Source: Candidatus Latescibacterota bacterium (GTDB lineage Bacteria > Latescibacterota > UBA2968 > UBA8231). Taken from it: DNA of 64,000 bases. The stretch is taken from contig OZ253462.1 in assembly GCA_965261395.1 (NCBI GenBank), forward strand, positions 4,544,001 through 4,608,000, read 5' to 3'. The position numbers and the translations under genes were made by a program. This document shows positions 29,739 to 37,986 of this stretch, piece after piece; positions within the stretch are counted from its first letter, which is position 1, and each line of letters begins with the position of its first letter. The notes beneath the pieces were generated by a model. It worked only from the letters and a program-made list of their open reading frames with translations, had not been told where the DNA came from and did no database searches.

Positions 29739-31601
29739 TCAACCGCCTTGCTGATTTGCGCTGGCTGTAGGCGCGCCTACGCGCTCGGCCCGTTCCCATT
29801 CATCGACCAGTTCGACCATGTCCGCGGCCCCGCGGATCGCGTCAAAGGCGGACAGCTTGCCAAACCAACTCCGGCACTGGCCGTTGGCCACGAGTTGGCC
29901 GTAGATGTTGCGCAGCCGCTCCTTCCCCTCCTCCACCCGCCCCAGCGCGACGAGTGCGGTAGCCAAGTAGATGTCGCCGCGGTTGGCGAGCCGACCTTCT
30001 AGTTCCTCCTCGTTGCGCAAATAGCGCAGCGCCTCCGAATAGTGGCCGATTTCGCAAGTGGACTGCCCGGCGATGGAATAGGATCCAGCGCTCTGGTGCC
30101 GGTCGAGTGCCCAGTCGAGTTCGGTGAGGATGTCCGCGGTTGCGCGCCCTGTCTCGTGCCCCGCCCGCAGAATGCGGTCGGCGAGCGCGTAGCACACCGT
30201 CCACCAGCGGAAGTCATCGCCGTTGTGCGCACCAGCGTTTTCGTCGCCTTCTTCGGTGAGCGCCAAGGGTCGGATCTGGAGGCGCGGGTCGGAAGTGGGC
30301 AGGGCCTTGGCCCAATCGACATAGGCTCGACTATGCTCCTCCACCTCGTCCCACTGTCCCATTTCCCGGTACTGATTGGAGCAGATGCCGTAATATTGGA
30401 AGCGCTCCTCCACCGACCACTCGTCCTCGCTTTGGGCCTTGAGTGCGTCCAACTCGTCAAAGACTTCTTGGCTCAATCCCAAATGCGCGTAGGCCATGCT
30501 CATCCCGGAGGGCTGCCAAAGCGCGAAGCGGCGGCGCGGTGGCCAGTCGGTGGGCACGAGTTGGCGGGCGCGGCGGTGGCAGCGCACGCAGGCTTCCATA
30601 TGGTCGCCGCGTCCAGTGTAGTGGGCGTGGTAGTAGACGGAGATAGCCATTTTGTACAATGGGACGCTGCGCCGCCAATCGTCGAGGCGGTCGGCGGCCC
30701 TTTCGAGGCATTGGCCGCCTTCCTCGTGGCGTCCATAGTGCGAGTAGAGCTGGCCGAGCGCGCGGGCGATCTCCGGGTCGTCGGAGCCCAGGTCGCAGAC
30801 CTTGTGCAGGGCGGTGAAGGTATTGTCGAGCAGGTGGCCGTCGCTGAAGTGCGCGTCCTGCCGCAGGGCCTCGCGGGTTTCGCCGTCGAAGGCCAAGGCC
30901 AAACCGCGGTGGGCTTCGAGGTGGTCCGGCACGGCAGCGACGATGCGGTTGAAGGCTTTGCGGGCTTCGGGCCACTGGCGCTCCTGTAACAGGTGCCGGC
31001 CCCGGGCCAGTGCCTCTTGCACTACTTCCCGCGTGAAGTCCTCGGGCAGGCGGTGTTCTTGCAGGTTTTCCTTGACCATAGTTGTCATCTCCTCTTTTAG
31101 GTGGCGGCGCGCCCGGTAGAGCCGCTGCTCGACGGCAGGTACCGCAACGTCGAGGAAGGCGGCGATCCGCTTGAGTGAGAGGCCCTCGATATAAAAAAGG
31201 ACCACGGCCTGTTGTTGCGGCTGGCTCAGCCGGGCGACGGCGACCAGAACCCACTGCCGGCGCTCGCGCACAAGCACTTGTTCCGCCGCCGACGGGGCGG
31301 GATCGACGACCGTCTTTTCTTCGTCAAAGGCGACCTGTCGGCGCTGACGCCGGAGCCACATGCGACACTGGTTGGCGGCGATGGTCCGCAGCCAAGGGCC
31401 GAATTTTTGCGGCTCGGGCAGGCTTTCCAGCTTCAGGTAGGCGGCGATCAGCGCCTCCTGCGCCGCGTCCTCGGCTGCGTCGAAATCCTTGACGTAGCTC
31501 AGGCACAACCCGAAGACGGGGTAGCGGTAACGGTTGACCAAGACCGCGTAGGCACGGTGGTCCCCCTCCAAGCACGCCTCTACCAGTTGGGCGTCGTTCA
31601 C
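29739..31601 (-). CDS. ECF sigma-70 factor with long TPR-like C-terminal extension
   Basis: Sigma motifs DAEDAAQEA-like region, FGPWLRTIAAN.C and RLYRARRHLKEEM, then ~440 aa of helical repeats; GTG start with AAGGAG RBS. Confidence 0.88.
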   Translation of the reverse strand: MNDAQLVEACLEGDHRAYAVLVNRYRYPVFGLCLSYVKDFDAAEDAAQEALIAAYLKLESLPEPQKFGPWLRTIAANQCRMWLRRQRRQVAFDEEKTVVDPAPSAAEQVLVRERRQWVLVAVARLSQPQQQAVVLFYIEGLSLKRIAAFLDVAVPAVEQRLYRARRHLKEEMTTMVKENLQEHRLPEDFTREVVQEALARGRHLLQERQWPEARKAFNRIVAAVPDHLEAHRGLALAFDGETREALRQDAHFSDGHLLDNTFTALHKVCDLGSDDPEIARALGQLYSHYGRHEEGGQCLERAADRLDDWRRSVPLYKMAISVYYHAHYTGRGDHMEACVRCHRRARQLVPTDWPPRRRFALWQPSGMSMAYAHLGLSQEVFDELDALKAQSEDEWSVEERFQYYGICSNQYREMGQWDEVEEHSRAYVDWAKALPTSDPRLQIRPLALTEEGDENAGAHNGDDFRWWTVCYALADRILRAGHETGRATADILTELDWALDRHQSAGSYSIAGQSTCEIGHYSEALRYLRNEEELEGRLANRGDIYLATALVALGRVEEGKERLRNIYGQLVANGQCRSWFGKLSAFDAIRGAADMVELVDEWERAERVGAPTASANQQGG

Positions 31602-31806
31602 GGAAACTCCTTTTTTCGAGTGCACTCGCCCTATAAATGCCTGAGACCGGAAAACATAACGCATCGCCGCGATATACTCGCGCCGCAAGACCACCCCGAT
31701 TCGGTTAAGGTTCGGGTATGATCCTGCTTGACACCAAAGGTCGCCCCTTGGCACTTTCAAAGGCGGTAGGTAATCGCAGTGTTAGGGTGAAGGACTGGAG
31801 TCAGAC

Positions 31807-31968
31807 ATGACCGAATCGTTCACGCAATGGGATGGCACGGAGCACCTGCGCACCCAAGAAGACGCGCGCCTTTACCTCGAAGCATGCGCCGAGGAAGATC
31901 CGGGCGACGGGAGTCTTATTTGCGCCGCCCTGAACGACATCGCCCGAGCGGGGAACATGATTTTCTAG
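31807..31968 (+). pseudogene. Truncated addiction-module antidote protein (HI1420-like), HTH lost
   Basis: Not in the ORF track. MTESFTQWDGTEHLRTQEDARLYLEACAEEDPGDGSLICAALNDIARAGNMIF* stops where the HTH would normally begin. Confidence 0.7.
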
Positions 31969-31985
31969 AATTGGAGGTGAAGAAC

Positions 31986-32228
31986 ATGGCTAGCATGACA
32001 ATCCGCAACCTCGACGAGGACATAAAGCAGCGTCTGCGCGTCCAAGCGGCCGAGCACGGCCGCTCGATGGAAGAGGAAGCGCGGGCAATCTTGCGAGCGG
32101 CACTCACCGAGGCTGCGTCCCCCACCAATCTGGCACAAGCCATACGCGCACGGTTCGCGCCCTTGGGCGGAGTGGAACTGGACATACCGCCGCGCGAGTT
32201 GGGACGATTAACGTGGGGAATCGTCTGA
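31986..32228 (+). CDS. FitA/StbC-like ribbon-helix-helix antitoxin, orphan, with foreign C-terminus
   Basis: MASMTIRNLDEDIKQRLRVQAAEHGRSMEEEARAIL; ends RELGRLTWGIV, copied from the PhyH gene; no downstream PIN toxin. Confidence 0.85.
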   Translation: MASMTIRNLDEDIKQRLRVQAAEHGRSMEEEARAILRAALTEAASPTNLAQAIRARFAPLGGVELDIPPRELGRLTWGIV

Positions 32229-32236
32229 ACAGCGGG
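32191..32236 (+). repeat. 46-bp direct repeat, copy 2
   Basis: Matches 29606-29651 at 43/46 nt. Confidence 0.9.
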
Positions 32237-32268
32237 GGCGACGCACAACCTCGTCCTCGCAGGATCGG

Positions 32269-32841
32269 CTACTCGCCGAGCGATGCCCGCAGAACGATAC
32301 AGGGCTTCCCTAGATCGTGGCCGACATAGTCGCCCCGATGGGGGACGATTTCGGTAAAACCCAGTTGAGCCCAGAATCGCAAGGCCGGAACGTTCACCAG
32401 ATAGATGCGCGCCAAGGCGAAGGGGAAGCCCTCGGCGGACAGCACTCTCTTGAGACTTCCTATGAGCGTCGTACCGACGCCGCTTCGCCGGAATCGCGGC
32501 CGGATTGAGAGGATCGAGAGCCAAGCGTCCCCTGCGTTGGGAACGTCCTCCATAATGTGAAAGTACCCAGCCAGCTCTTCAGCCGGACCGACGTGGATGC
32601 TCCTCATACGGAAGCCGCGCTCCTGCGACTCGTCCGCTACCGACTGCTCCACCAGCTCACTGATCTCGCTTTCGGGCACCTCGGCAAAAGTGGGATCGAG
32701 CGCGACGATATCCACACATTCCAGAGACACGGCATGCAGCGCCGGCGTCTGCGCTGCCTCGACCGCCCGTACGAGGATCTGCCCCTCCGACCATGTGCTT
32801 GGTAACATGTCCCTATAGCTCTCTGGCTCGTCGTTGTTCAT
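32269..32841 (-). CDS. GNAT family N-acetyltransferase
   Basis: Motifs RFRRSGVGT and N..ALRFW...GF. Confidence 0.85.
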   Translation of the reverse strand: MNNDEPESYRDMLPSTWSEGQILVRAVEAAQTPALHAVSLECVDIVALDPTFAEVPESEISELVEQSVADESQERGFRMRSIHVGPAEELAGYFHIMEDVPNAGDAWLSILSIRPRFRRSGVGTTLIGSLKRVLSAEGFPFALARIYLVNVPALRFWAQLGFTEIVPHRGDYVGHDLGKPCIVLRASLGE

Positions 32842-32847
32842 AAAACG

Positions 32848-33705
32848 CTATTTCTTCGCTTTCCTCAGCGCCTCTTTGAACGCCTTCTCGATCTCGCCGC
32901 GCGCGACGATTGCATCCTTCCACACGTCGGGAAAACAGTCGAGCGCATAGCCCGACCCCCTCGGCCCCAGCTCGACCACAGCCCATAGCTCGGTGGCACC
33001 GCGTTGTCCCTTGACCCAGTTGTAAAGCAAGTGCTTGAGGAAGTTGTCGCGCCAAGAGATAAAATCCGCGTCCAGCTCCCCGCGGCCATTGGTGATCGGC
33101 GTCTGGCAATGGCTGCCAGTAAAGGTGCGAAAGTGAATCAACTCGCTCATTTTGAGCAGATCGGGGCGATATTCGGCGATGCGCTCCCAGAAGTTGGTGG
33201 GCCGTAGCTGTTTGATGATCGCCGGATGCGAGTGGTCGAAATTGGTGCGCAGTTTTTCCTTGTAGCGTTTCTCGTACTGCGCCGCCAGCGCCAACCCCTT
33301 CTCCGGCGTCTCAGTACACGTGTCGCGGTGCCATTCGATCGCCGGTTTGATCTTGAGCTTCTTTCCCGCCTTCATCACCGCCCGCGCCACGGTCACCGCC
33401 TTGCGGATCTCGGTATCGTGGTCGCAAAGCTGGACGTTGATGTGCTCGGCACCAGCTTCTTTAAAAGCCGCCAGTTTCGGCTCGGCTTCTTCTACCGTGG
33501 CTATATCGACCCCGCCGACAAGCTGTAGCCCGTGCTTGGCGCACGCCTCGGCAATCTCGGGATCGGCCCCAGCGCTGAAGCCGTCAAAGCCAGCGTCCTT
33601 GGCCGCGCGGACTTTGCGATCCATCAACCACTGCTTGGCTTCGGACGGATAATTAGTCAATGTCCACGCCGCGGCGCAGAGTTTGAGTTGCGGTTGTTGA
33701 GTCAT
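32848..33705 (-). CDS. Sugar phosphate isomerase/epimerase (xylose-isomerase-like TIM barrel)
   Basis: Pattern E.HR, DHSH and ELGP..GY typical of the AP2/xylose-isomerase-like family. Confidence 0.75.
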   Translation of the reverse strand: MTQQPQLKLCAAAWTLTNYPSEAKQWLMDRKVRAAKDAGFDGFSAGADPEIAEACAKHGLQLVGGVDIATVEEAEPKLAAFKEAGAEHINVQLCDHDTEIRKAVTVARAVMKAGKKLKIKPAIEWHRDTCTETPEKGLALAAQYEKRYKEKLRTNFDHSHPAIIKQLRPTNFWERIAEYRPDLLKMSELIHFRTFTGSHCQTPITNGRGELDADFISWRDNFLKHLLYNWVKGQRGATELWAVVELGPRGSGYALDCFPDVWKDAIVARGEIEKAFKEALRKAKK

Positions 33706-33731
33706 GGTTTTCTCCTTTCGAAGGGTTAAGT

Positions 33732-33764
33732 GTAGGGCAAGCGCTATACTGCCACGCTTGCCCT
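33732..33764. repeat. GTAG-type REP-like palindrome or terminator
   Basis: GT followed by AGGGCAAGCG-N11-CGCTTGCCCT, a perfect 10-bp stem, at the edge of the low-GC island. Confidence 0.55.
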
Positions 33765-33771
33765 CCAGTAC

Positions 33772-34596
33772 TTACGCGAATACAATGCGCGCAGTCAAAG
33801 GCACGTTGGCCCTATGGCATTGATCCTCGGAAAAGTATTTTGTTATCGATTCTCCCAACTCGCGCTTTGGCAGCAACGATTTGGGGAAATTTTCAATTGT
33901 CCTGAGTTTGTAAATTACTGCTTCGTCTAAGTCCTTAACCGCGTCCTCAAGGTCAGGAAGATACGCCTCGCAATTGACCGCATCCAACAATGGAAGGTTT
34001 TCGTTCAAAGGAACGTCAACACCCACCCTGTATTTTAACTCGTACTGAAGGCTTTTCGCCTTCTCCAGTGCCTCAGAAGCATTCCTGAACTTGGTAATGT
34101 CCCAAGTCCCATCGCAGAGATAACCAAGAGCTGTCGATATGTGCTGCTTCTCGAACTTCTTTTTAGCACTATCGAATTGTCTCAGAGTAGAGCCAGCAAT
34201 ACCGATAATAGGACCAGCATCTTCCGACTTAGGATATTTTTCACGCAAGCCAAATTTGTGGAAAAGTCCGAGTTTTTGGGACTGGGTAACGCGACGACTA
34301 CGACGGGCCATCGGGGTCAGCTCCTTCCACTTGTCATCTTTAATCCAAAATTCTAAATCCTCCTTTTCGTGAACAACAACAAGATTGCCCCCAAAGATGT
34401 GTGAGAAAATGATGACAACTTCACGATGATTAGTTTGAAACTCCTCTACCGTTTTTGAATAAGAGAGCAGTTCCACTGCGCTACGGAACAAGTCAGGTAC
34501 CCCGTTCTTGATTATAGCAGAAACCTCAGCGTCTGAGAGGGATCCACTATCGATAGCGGAGCGAATTTGGCTGATGCCACGAAGATATTGGGCCAT
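33772..34596 (-). CDS. Hypothetical protein (low GC; possible HTH)
   Basis: 274-aa ORF with AAGGAGG RBS; no family recognised with confidence. Confidence 0.7.
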   Translation of the reverse strand: MAQYLRGISQIRSAIDSGSLSDAEVSAIIKNGVPDLFRSAVELLSYSKTVEEFQTNHREVVIIFSHIFGGNLVVVHEKEDLEFWIKDDKWKELTPMARRSRRVTQSQKLGLFHKFGLREKYPKSEDAGPIIGIAGSTLRQFDSAKKKFEKQHISTALGYLCDGTWDITKFRNASEALEKAKSLQYELKYRVGVDVPLNENLPLLDAVNCEAYLPDLEDAVKDLDEAVIYKLRTIENFPKSLLPKRELGESITKYFSEDQCHRANVPLTARIVFA

Positions 34597-34710
34597 GATG
34601 GCCTCCTTTTTGTCAATGTCGTCTATTGACGACGATAGTTATGTTCTAACATTATAAAGCCGTGTTAGATTCGGCTGAATTCCCAAGAGTTGTGCCTTCG
34701 GATTTTGATT

Positions 34711-34833
34711 AGAAGCCGTCTGCAAACCCCCATCGAGCGGTTTAGGCATCCAGCGTTTTTCGAGGGCGAGACGCCCTTACTCCCAGCGGCTTGGAGTCTG
34801 ACAGACCGAAACCCTAGTGTGCAGACGGCTTCT
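34711..34833. mobile_element. MITE-like element, 123 bp, with 14-bp TIRs
   Basis: AGAAGCCGTCTGCA (34711-34724) and TGCAGACGGCTTCT (34820-34833); internal REP-like hairpin GAGGGCG-AGA-CGCCCTT; GC-richer than its flanks. Confidence 0.6.
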
Positions 34834-34994
34834 GAGGATTCTCGTGGTTACACCTAATCAACATGTATAAATGCCATTGTTTCGTTATATTCTAACAAAA
34901 TAGAGTCATAAAAAAGACCAAGAAGGTCAGGTGCATGGTAGTAATGAAATCAGGACAAGTGTTCTAATGTATCGAGTACAAAATGTGCAAAGAG

Positions 34995-35035
34995 TGTTAT
35001 ATCTAACATTAATATCATAAATGTTAGATATAACA
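34995..35035. promoter_or_regulatory. Perfect 16-bp inverted repeat with 9-bp spacer in an AT-rich tract (operator or recombination site?)
   Basis: TGTTATATCTAACATT-N9-AATGTTAGATATAACA; related TAACA/TGTTA pairs at 34645-34669 and 35176-35194. Confidence 0.55.
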
Positions 35036-35264
35036 TTATAAAATATTAATTACAAATTAAAATTTGTTACTTATTTTATTGCATAAATATCTATAAGTAA
35101 CTGTTTTACAGCAAGTTAGAGTTTTAATGTAAAATTTCGTATCCTATTATTTACTAACGATTTACCGTTTTTCGTGTAACAAAACCTCTGTTACTTATCA
35201 TTAATCTGAGATTATACATATCTATTGTGTTTTTGTCAAATCTTTTTATCATAATTTGAAAATC

Positions 35265-35492
35265 TCAAACAAATATTTTCGCCGGTGCATTCAGAAGCCC
35301 TAGTTCAGTTGCCCTGTGTACCATGCGACGAATCCGCTCGGTGGTCTGGCGGCTGAAGGTTGCTTCCCCACAGCGCAAGCACACCCTAGCCGGAATATTC
35401 TCGACTAAAATCCGCTTCCCTTGCACCGTAAATACATCACTCACCCTTTCCTGTTTGGCGCTGTTCGAGCCACACACATGGCAATGGAACAT
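35265..35492 (-). CDS. YgiT-type zinc finger protein (MqsA-like antitoxin domain)
   Basis: Motifs CHVCG and VENIPARVCLRCGE. Confidence 0.85.
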   Translation of the reverse strand: MFHCHVCGSNSAKQERVSDVFTVQGKRILVENIPARVCLRCGEATFSRQTTERIRRMVHRATELGLLNAPAKIFV

Positions 35493-35499
35493 GATGATT

Positions 35500-35576
35500 T
35501 TACCTCCGTTGAGAGAAATCAATCCACTCGCTCGCGTCAGGTTCATTTGAAGATGCAGAGGACGCCCGTCCGAAGT
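35500..35576 (-). pseudogene. DUF4258-like toxin remnant (internally deleted C-terminus)
   Basis: Reads TSDGRPLHLQ then, after a frame change, EPDASEWIDFSQRR*, directly upstream of the YgiT gene. Confidence 0.6.
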
Positions 35577-35616
35577 GCCGAGACAGGTAGTGGTCTATTT
35601 TGAAATTCAAGCCGCA

Positions 35617-35958
35617 TTAGCCTTCATCTGTAAGCTGTTTTATCTCGGCTGACAAATAGGCCACGAACCATTCTTTAGCCCTATGCCGAAACGATTCACG
35701 GCGGACAGCGTTCAGAAGTACAGGCTTCGACGGGAACGATTCATTTTCCAGTGATTTCAAATACGGCGCATTATCGTACACCTCCACAATTTTTGCCGGG
35801 TAGTCAATTTTCCCCACTGTTTTCCAAGCACCGTCCCTGCGAATCCTACCCAGATATGGGGTGGGTTGATTTATAATCTTGAGTTTTCCTTCTGCCTCCT
35901 TGCAATCAAATTCCCAGATGAGCGCGGTCAACTCTTGAACAATATGTTGGTAGTCCAT
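35617..35958 (-). CDS. Hypothetical passenger protein (113 aa)
   Basis: AAGGAGG RBS before ATG 35958 (MDYQHIVQ...); the stop abuts the left TIR. Confidence 0.65.
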   Translation of the reverse strand: MDYQHIVQELTALIWEFDCKEAEGKLKIINQPTPYLGRIRRDGAWKTVGKIDYPAKIVEVYDNAPYLKSLENESFPSKPVLLNAVRRESFRHRAKEWFVAYLSAEIKQLTDEG

Positions 35959-36051
35959 TTGAACCCTCCTTGTGTACCCGAAGTATAGCCACAGCAAGAT
36001 GGCTTTTGCACCGACTCTTTTTACATACACAGGCACAGGTTGATCAATTTA

Positions 36052-36576
36052 TCAATGGTCTTTTTCGCCCCGCTCGTAGGCTTTTTTGATGGCTTCCTGA
36101 AAGACATCTAAGACAGTAAAGTAGATGTCGTCGGCTTCCTCCCAAGCAGTGTCGGCTTTCTTCCAAGCGGCGTAGTTGTAGTTGTCGGCACGTTGGGCGA
36201 TCTCGACCTCCCGTCGGGCTTCCTCCCAAGCAGCAAAGGCTAGCCGGACTTCTTCAATCGCATGTAAGGCTTTATCGTAGCCGTAGGCGGTTATCTGATA
36301 AATCGCATAGGCACCCTTGACTTCTTTATTTTCATCTCTGGCCTTATCAAAGGCGGCCTCAGCTTTCTTAATGGCTTTGTCATCGGTTCGGTCTGCGGCC
36401 CGATAAGCAACCCAAGCTAGCCTAGTTTCTTCATGGGCGTCGATAGCTTCAAAATAGGCGTGCCGGGCTTTCTGGTAGGTTCGATATGCCTCTACGGCTT
36501 TGTCAAAGGCGGTCTCTCCGGCTAAGACCTCAACGCAAGATAAAAGGCTCAACAGGACGTAACTGGCGATCTTCAT
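36052..36576 (-). CDS. Secreted alpha-helical passenger protein (174 aa)
   Basis: Signal peptide MKIASYVLLSLLSCVEVLA followed by Ala/aromatic-rich helical repeats. Confidence 0.7.
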   Translation of the reverse strand: MKIASYVLLSLLSCVEVLAGETAFDKAVEAYRTYQKARHAYFEAIDAHEETRLAWVAYRAADRTDDKAIKKAEAAFDKARDENKEVKGAYAIYQITAYGYDKALHAIEEVRLAFAAWEEARREVEIAQRADNYNYAAWKKADTAWEEADDIYFTVLDVFQEAIKKAYERGEKDH

Positions 36577-36717
36577 TGCATTACCTCTGGTTTGAGATGG
36601 TTGACCCAGTTTTGAACTCTGCTTGCATGGCCTTGATTTCTCCTCAAGTAACCGGCTTGGCTGCTGTGCCCAGCCGCTCGGCCGGATGTTCACACTCTCG
36701 CAGAGAAATGCATAGGC

Positions 36718-36795
36718 TGGATCGTTGATCGCGTCGCCGAGCTCGAACCCAAGCCGCGCCGCCCCAAGACCTATCGCAAACGGTCTGCGGCCTGA
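36718..36795 (+). pseudogene. Probable C-terminal remnant of the element's transposase
   Basis: WIVDRVAELEPKPRRPKTYRKRSAA* ends inside the right TIR and resembles the basic C-tails of IS1-family DDE transposases (from recall). Confidence 0.5.
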
Positions 36796-36816
36796 ATTTC
36801 AAAATAGACCACTACC

Positions 36817-36853
36817 CCGAGACAAGCACGGACGAATCAACAACAACAGTCAC
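36817..36853 (-). pseudogene. vapC (PIN toxin) 5' remnant disrupted by the cargo transposon
   Basis: GTG overlaps the antitoxin stop. Removing the element and one TSD gives MTVVVDSSVLVSAL, a typical PIN N-terminus. Confidence 0.7.
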
Positions 36854-37086
36854 GTTCGATCGGCATCCCGGGCTTGTAGAATACTGGACGGACGGACGCG
36901 GATTCCGGCCGCTTCCTTGCGCTCGCGAACTTGGTGCAGCCACTCGCTGACCGAGGGGCGCGACGCGATTCGCTCCAACTCGTCGCGGAGGAATGCCTGC
37001 ATGGACTGGTGTTGCCGGGCGGCACGAACGGCCAACGCGTCGCGCACCTCTTCCGGGACATCTCTTATGGTGATTTGTACTGGCAT
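36850..37086 (-). CDS. FitA-like RHH antitoxin
   Basis: QITIRDVPEEVRDALAVRAARQHQSMQAFLR. Confidence 0.85.
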   Translation of the reverse strand: MPVQITIRDVPEEVRDALAVRAARQHQSMQAFLRDELERIASRPSVSEWLHQVRERKEAAGIRVRPSSILQARDADRT

Positions 37087-37167
37087 GATAGCGTTATATC
37101 CTCGTTGAGTTTCTTCTTATCGGGGTGCCGATCTCGCACGAGAAGGACGAGGGGCAAACCCCCGCTC

Positions 37168-37986
37168 CTAAACGATAATCCGTCCTTCTCCGGTATACAC
37201 ATTGAACCCCCGCCCGCGCAAAAATCCCAACAGCATTATCCCCGATTCCCGCGCCAGATCCACCGCCAAGCTCGACGGCGCGGATACCGCGGCGACCACC
37301 GCAATCCCCGCCATCCGCGCCTTCTGGATAATCTCAAAGCTGGTGCGGCCGCTGACCATCAGCACGCTCTTGGCTGGCACCGGCGCGTTGCGCAGCGCGT
37401 AGTGGCCGATGAGCTTGTCCACTGCGTTGTGCCGGCCTACGTCCTCGCGCAGGACGAGCAAGTCGCCCGCCAGATCAAACAGGGCCGCTGCGTGCAGCGA
37501 GCCGGTTTGCTCGAATACATCCTGTGCCTGGCGCATGCGGTCGCCGAGGCCGTAGAGTAGGGATAGCGGCACGGTAAAATCTTCCAGCCGCGCGGAGGCC
37601 TCGCAGGTGATGGCCTCGATGCTGGCCTTGCCGCAGACTCCGCAACTCGACGAGGCGTAGAAGTTGCGCTGGAACCGCTGCCGATCGAAGTCCACGCCAG
37701 CGGCCAGCTTGACCTCGACGATATTCTCCTCGTTGGGTGGCTCCGCAGCCGTGCAGTACGAGATCGCGCCCAACTCCTGTGGCGATTTGATCAGGCCCTC
37801 GGTACACAAGAAGCCAGCAGCCAGCTCAAAGTCGTGGCGCGGGGTGCGCATGACCACCGCGATCGGCGTCTCCTCCACGCGGATCTCCAGCGGCTCCTCG
37901 ACCGTTACTTGGTCGTCTGCAGCCGCTTTGTCCGCCTCGCGGAATCGCCAGATCGGCCGCTGCGTCACCCGCTGCTGCCGCTCCAT
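37168..37986 (-). CDS. fdhD: Formate dehydrogenase accessory sulfurtransferase
   Basis: Motifs EEPLEIR, MRTP, SSCGVCG, EDVGRHNAVDK and SAPSSLA. Confidence 0.95.
   Translation of the reverse strand: MERQQRVTQRPIWRFREADKAAADDQVTVEEPLEIRVEETPIAVVMRTPRHDFELAAGFLCTEGLIKSPQELGAISYCTAAEPPNEENIVEVKLAAGVDFDRQRFQRNFYASSSCGVCGKASIEAITCEASARLEDFTVPLSLLYGLGDRMRQAQDVFEQTGSLHAAALFDLAGDLLVLREDVGRHNAVDKLIGHYALRNAPVPAKSVLMVSGRTSFEIIQKARMAGIAVVAAVSAPSSLAVDLARESGIMLLGFLRGRGFNVYTGEGRIIV

Larger units (their letters stand above)
35586..36816. mobile_element. Non-autonomous cargo transposon (tIS/MIC-like), 1,231 bp, IS1-family-like ends
   Basis: 31-bp TIRs with 1 mismatch: GGTAGTGGTCTATTTTGAAATTCAAGCCGCA (35586-35616) and 36786-36816. 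Perfect 8-bp TSD CCGAGACA at 35578-35585 and 36817-36824. Confidence 0.92.

Noticed and set aside
34640-35120. Integron attC/attI sites (RYYYAAC...GTTRRRY matches)
   Set aside because: The paired cores are only ~25-30 bp apart, shorter than attC sites, and there is no integrase or cassette periodicity.
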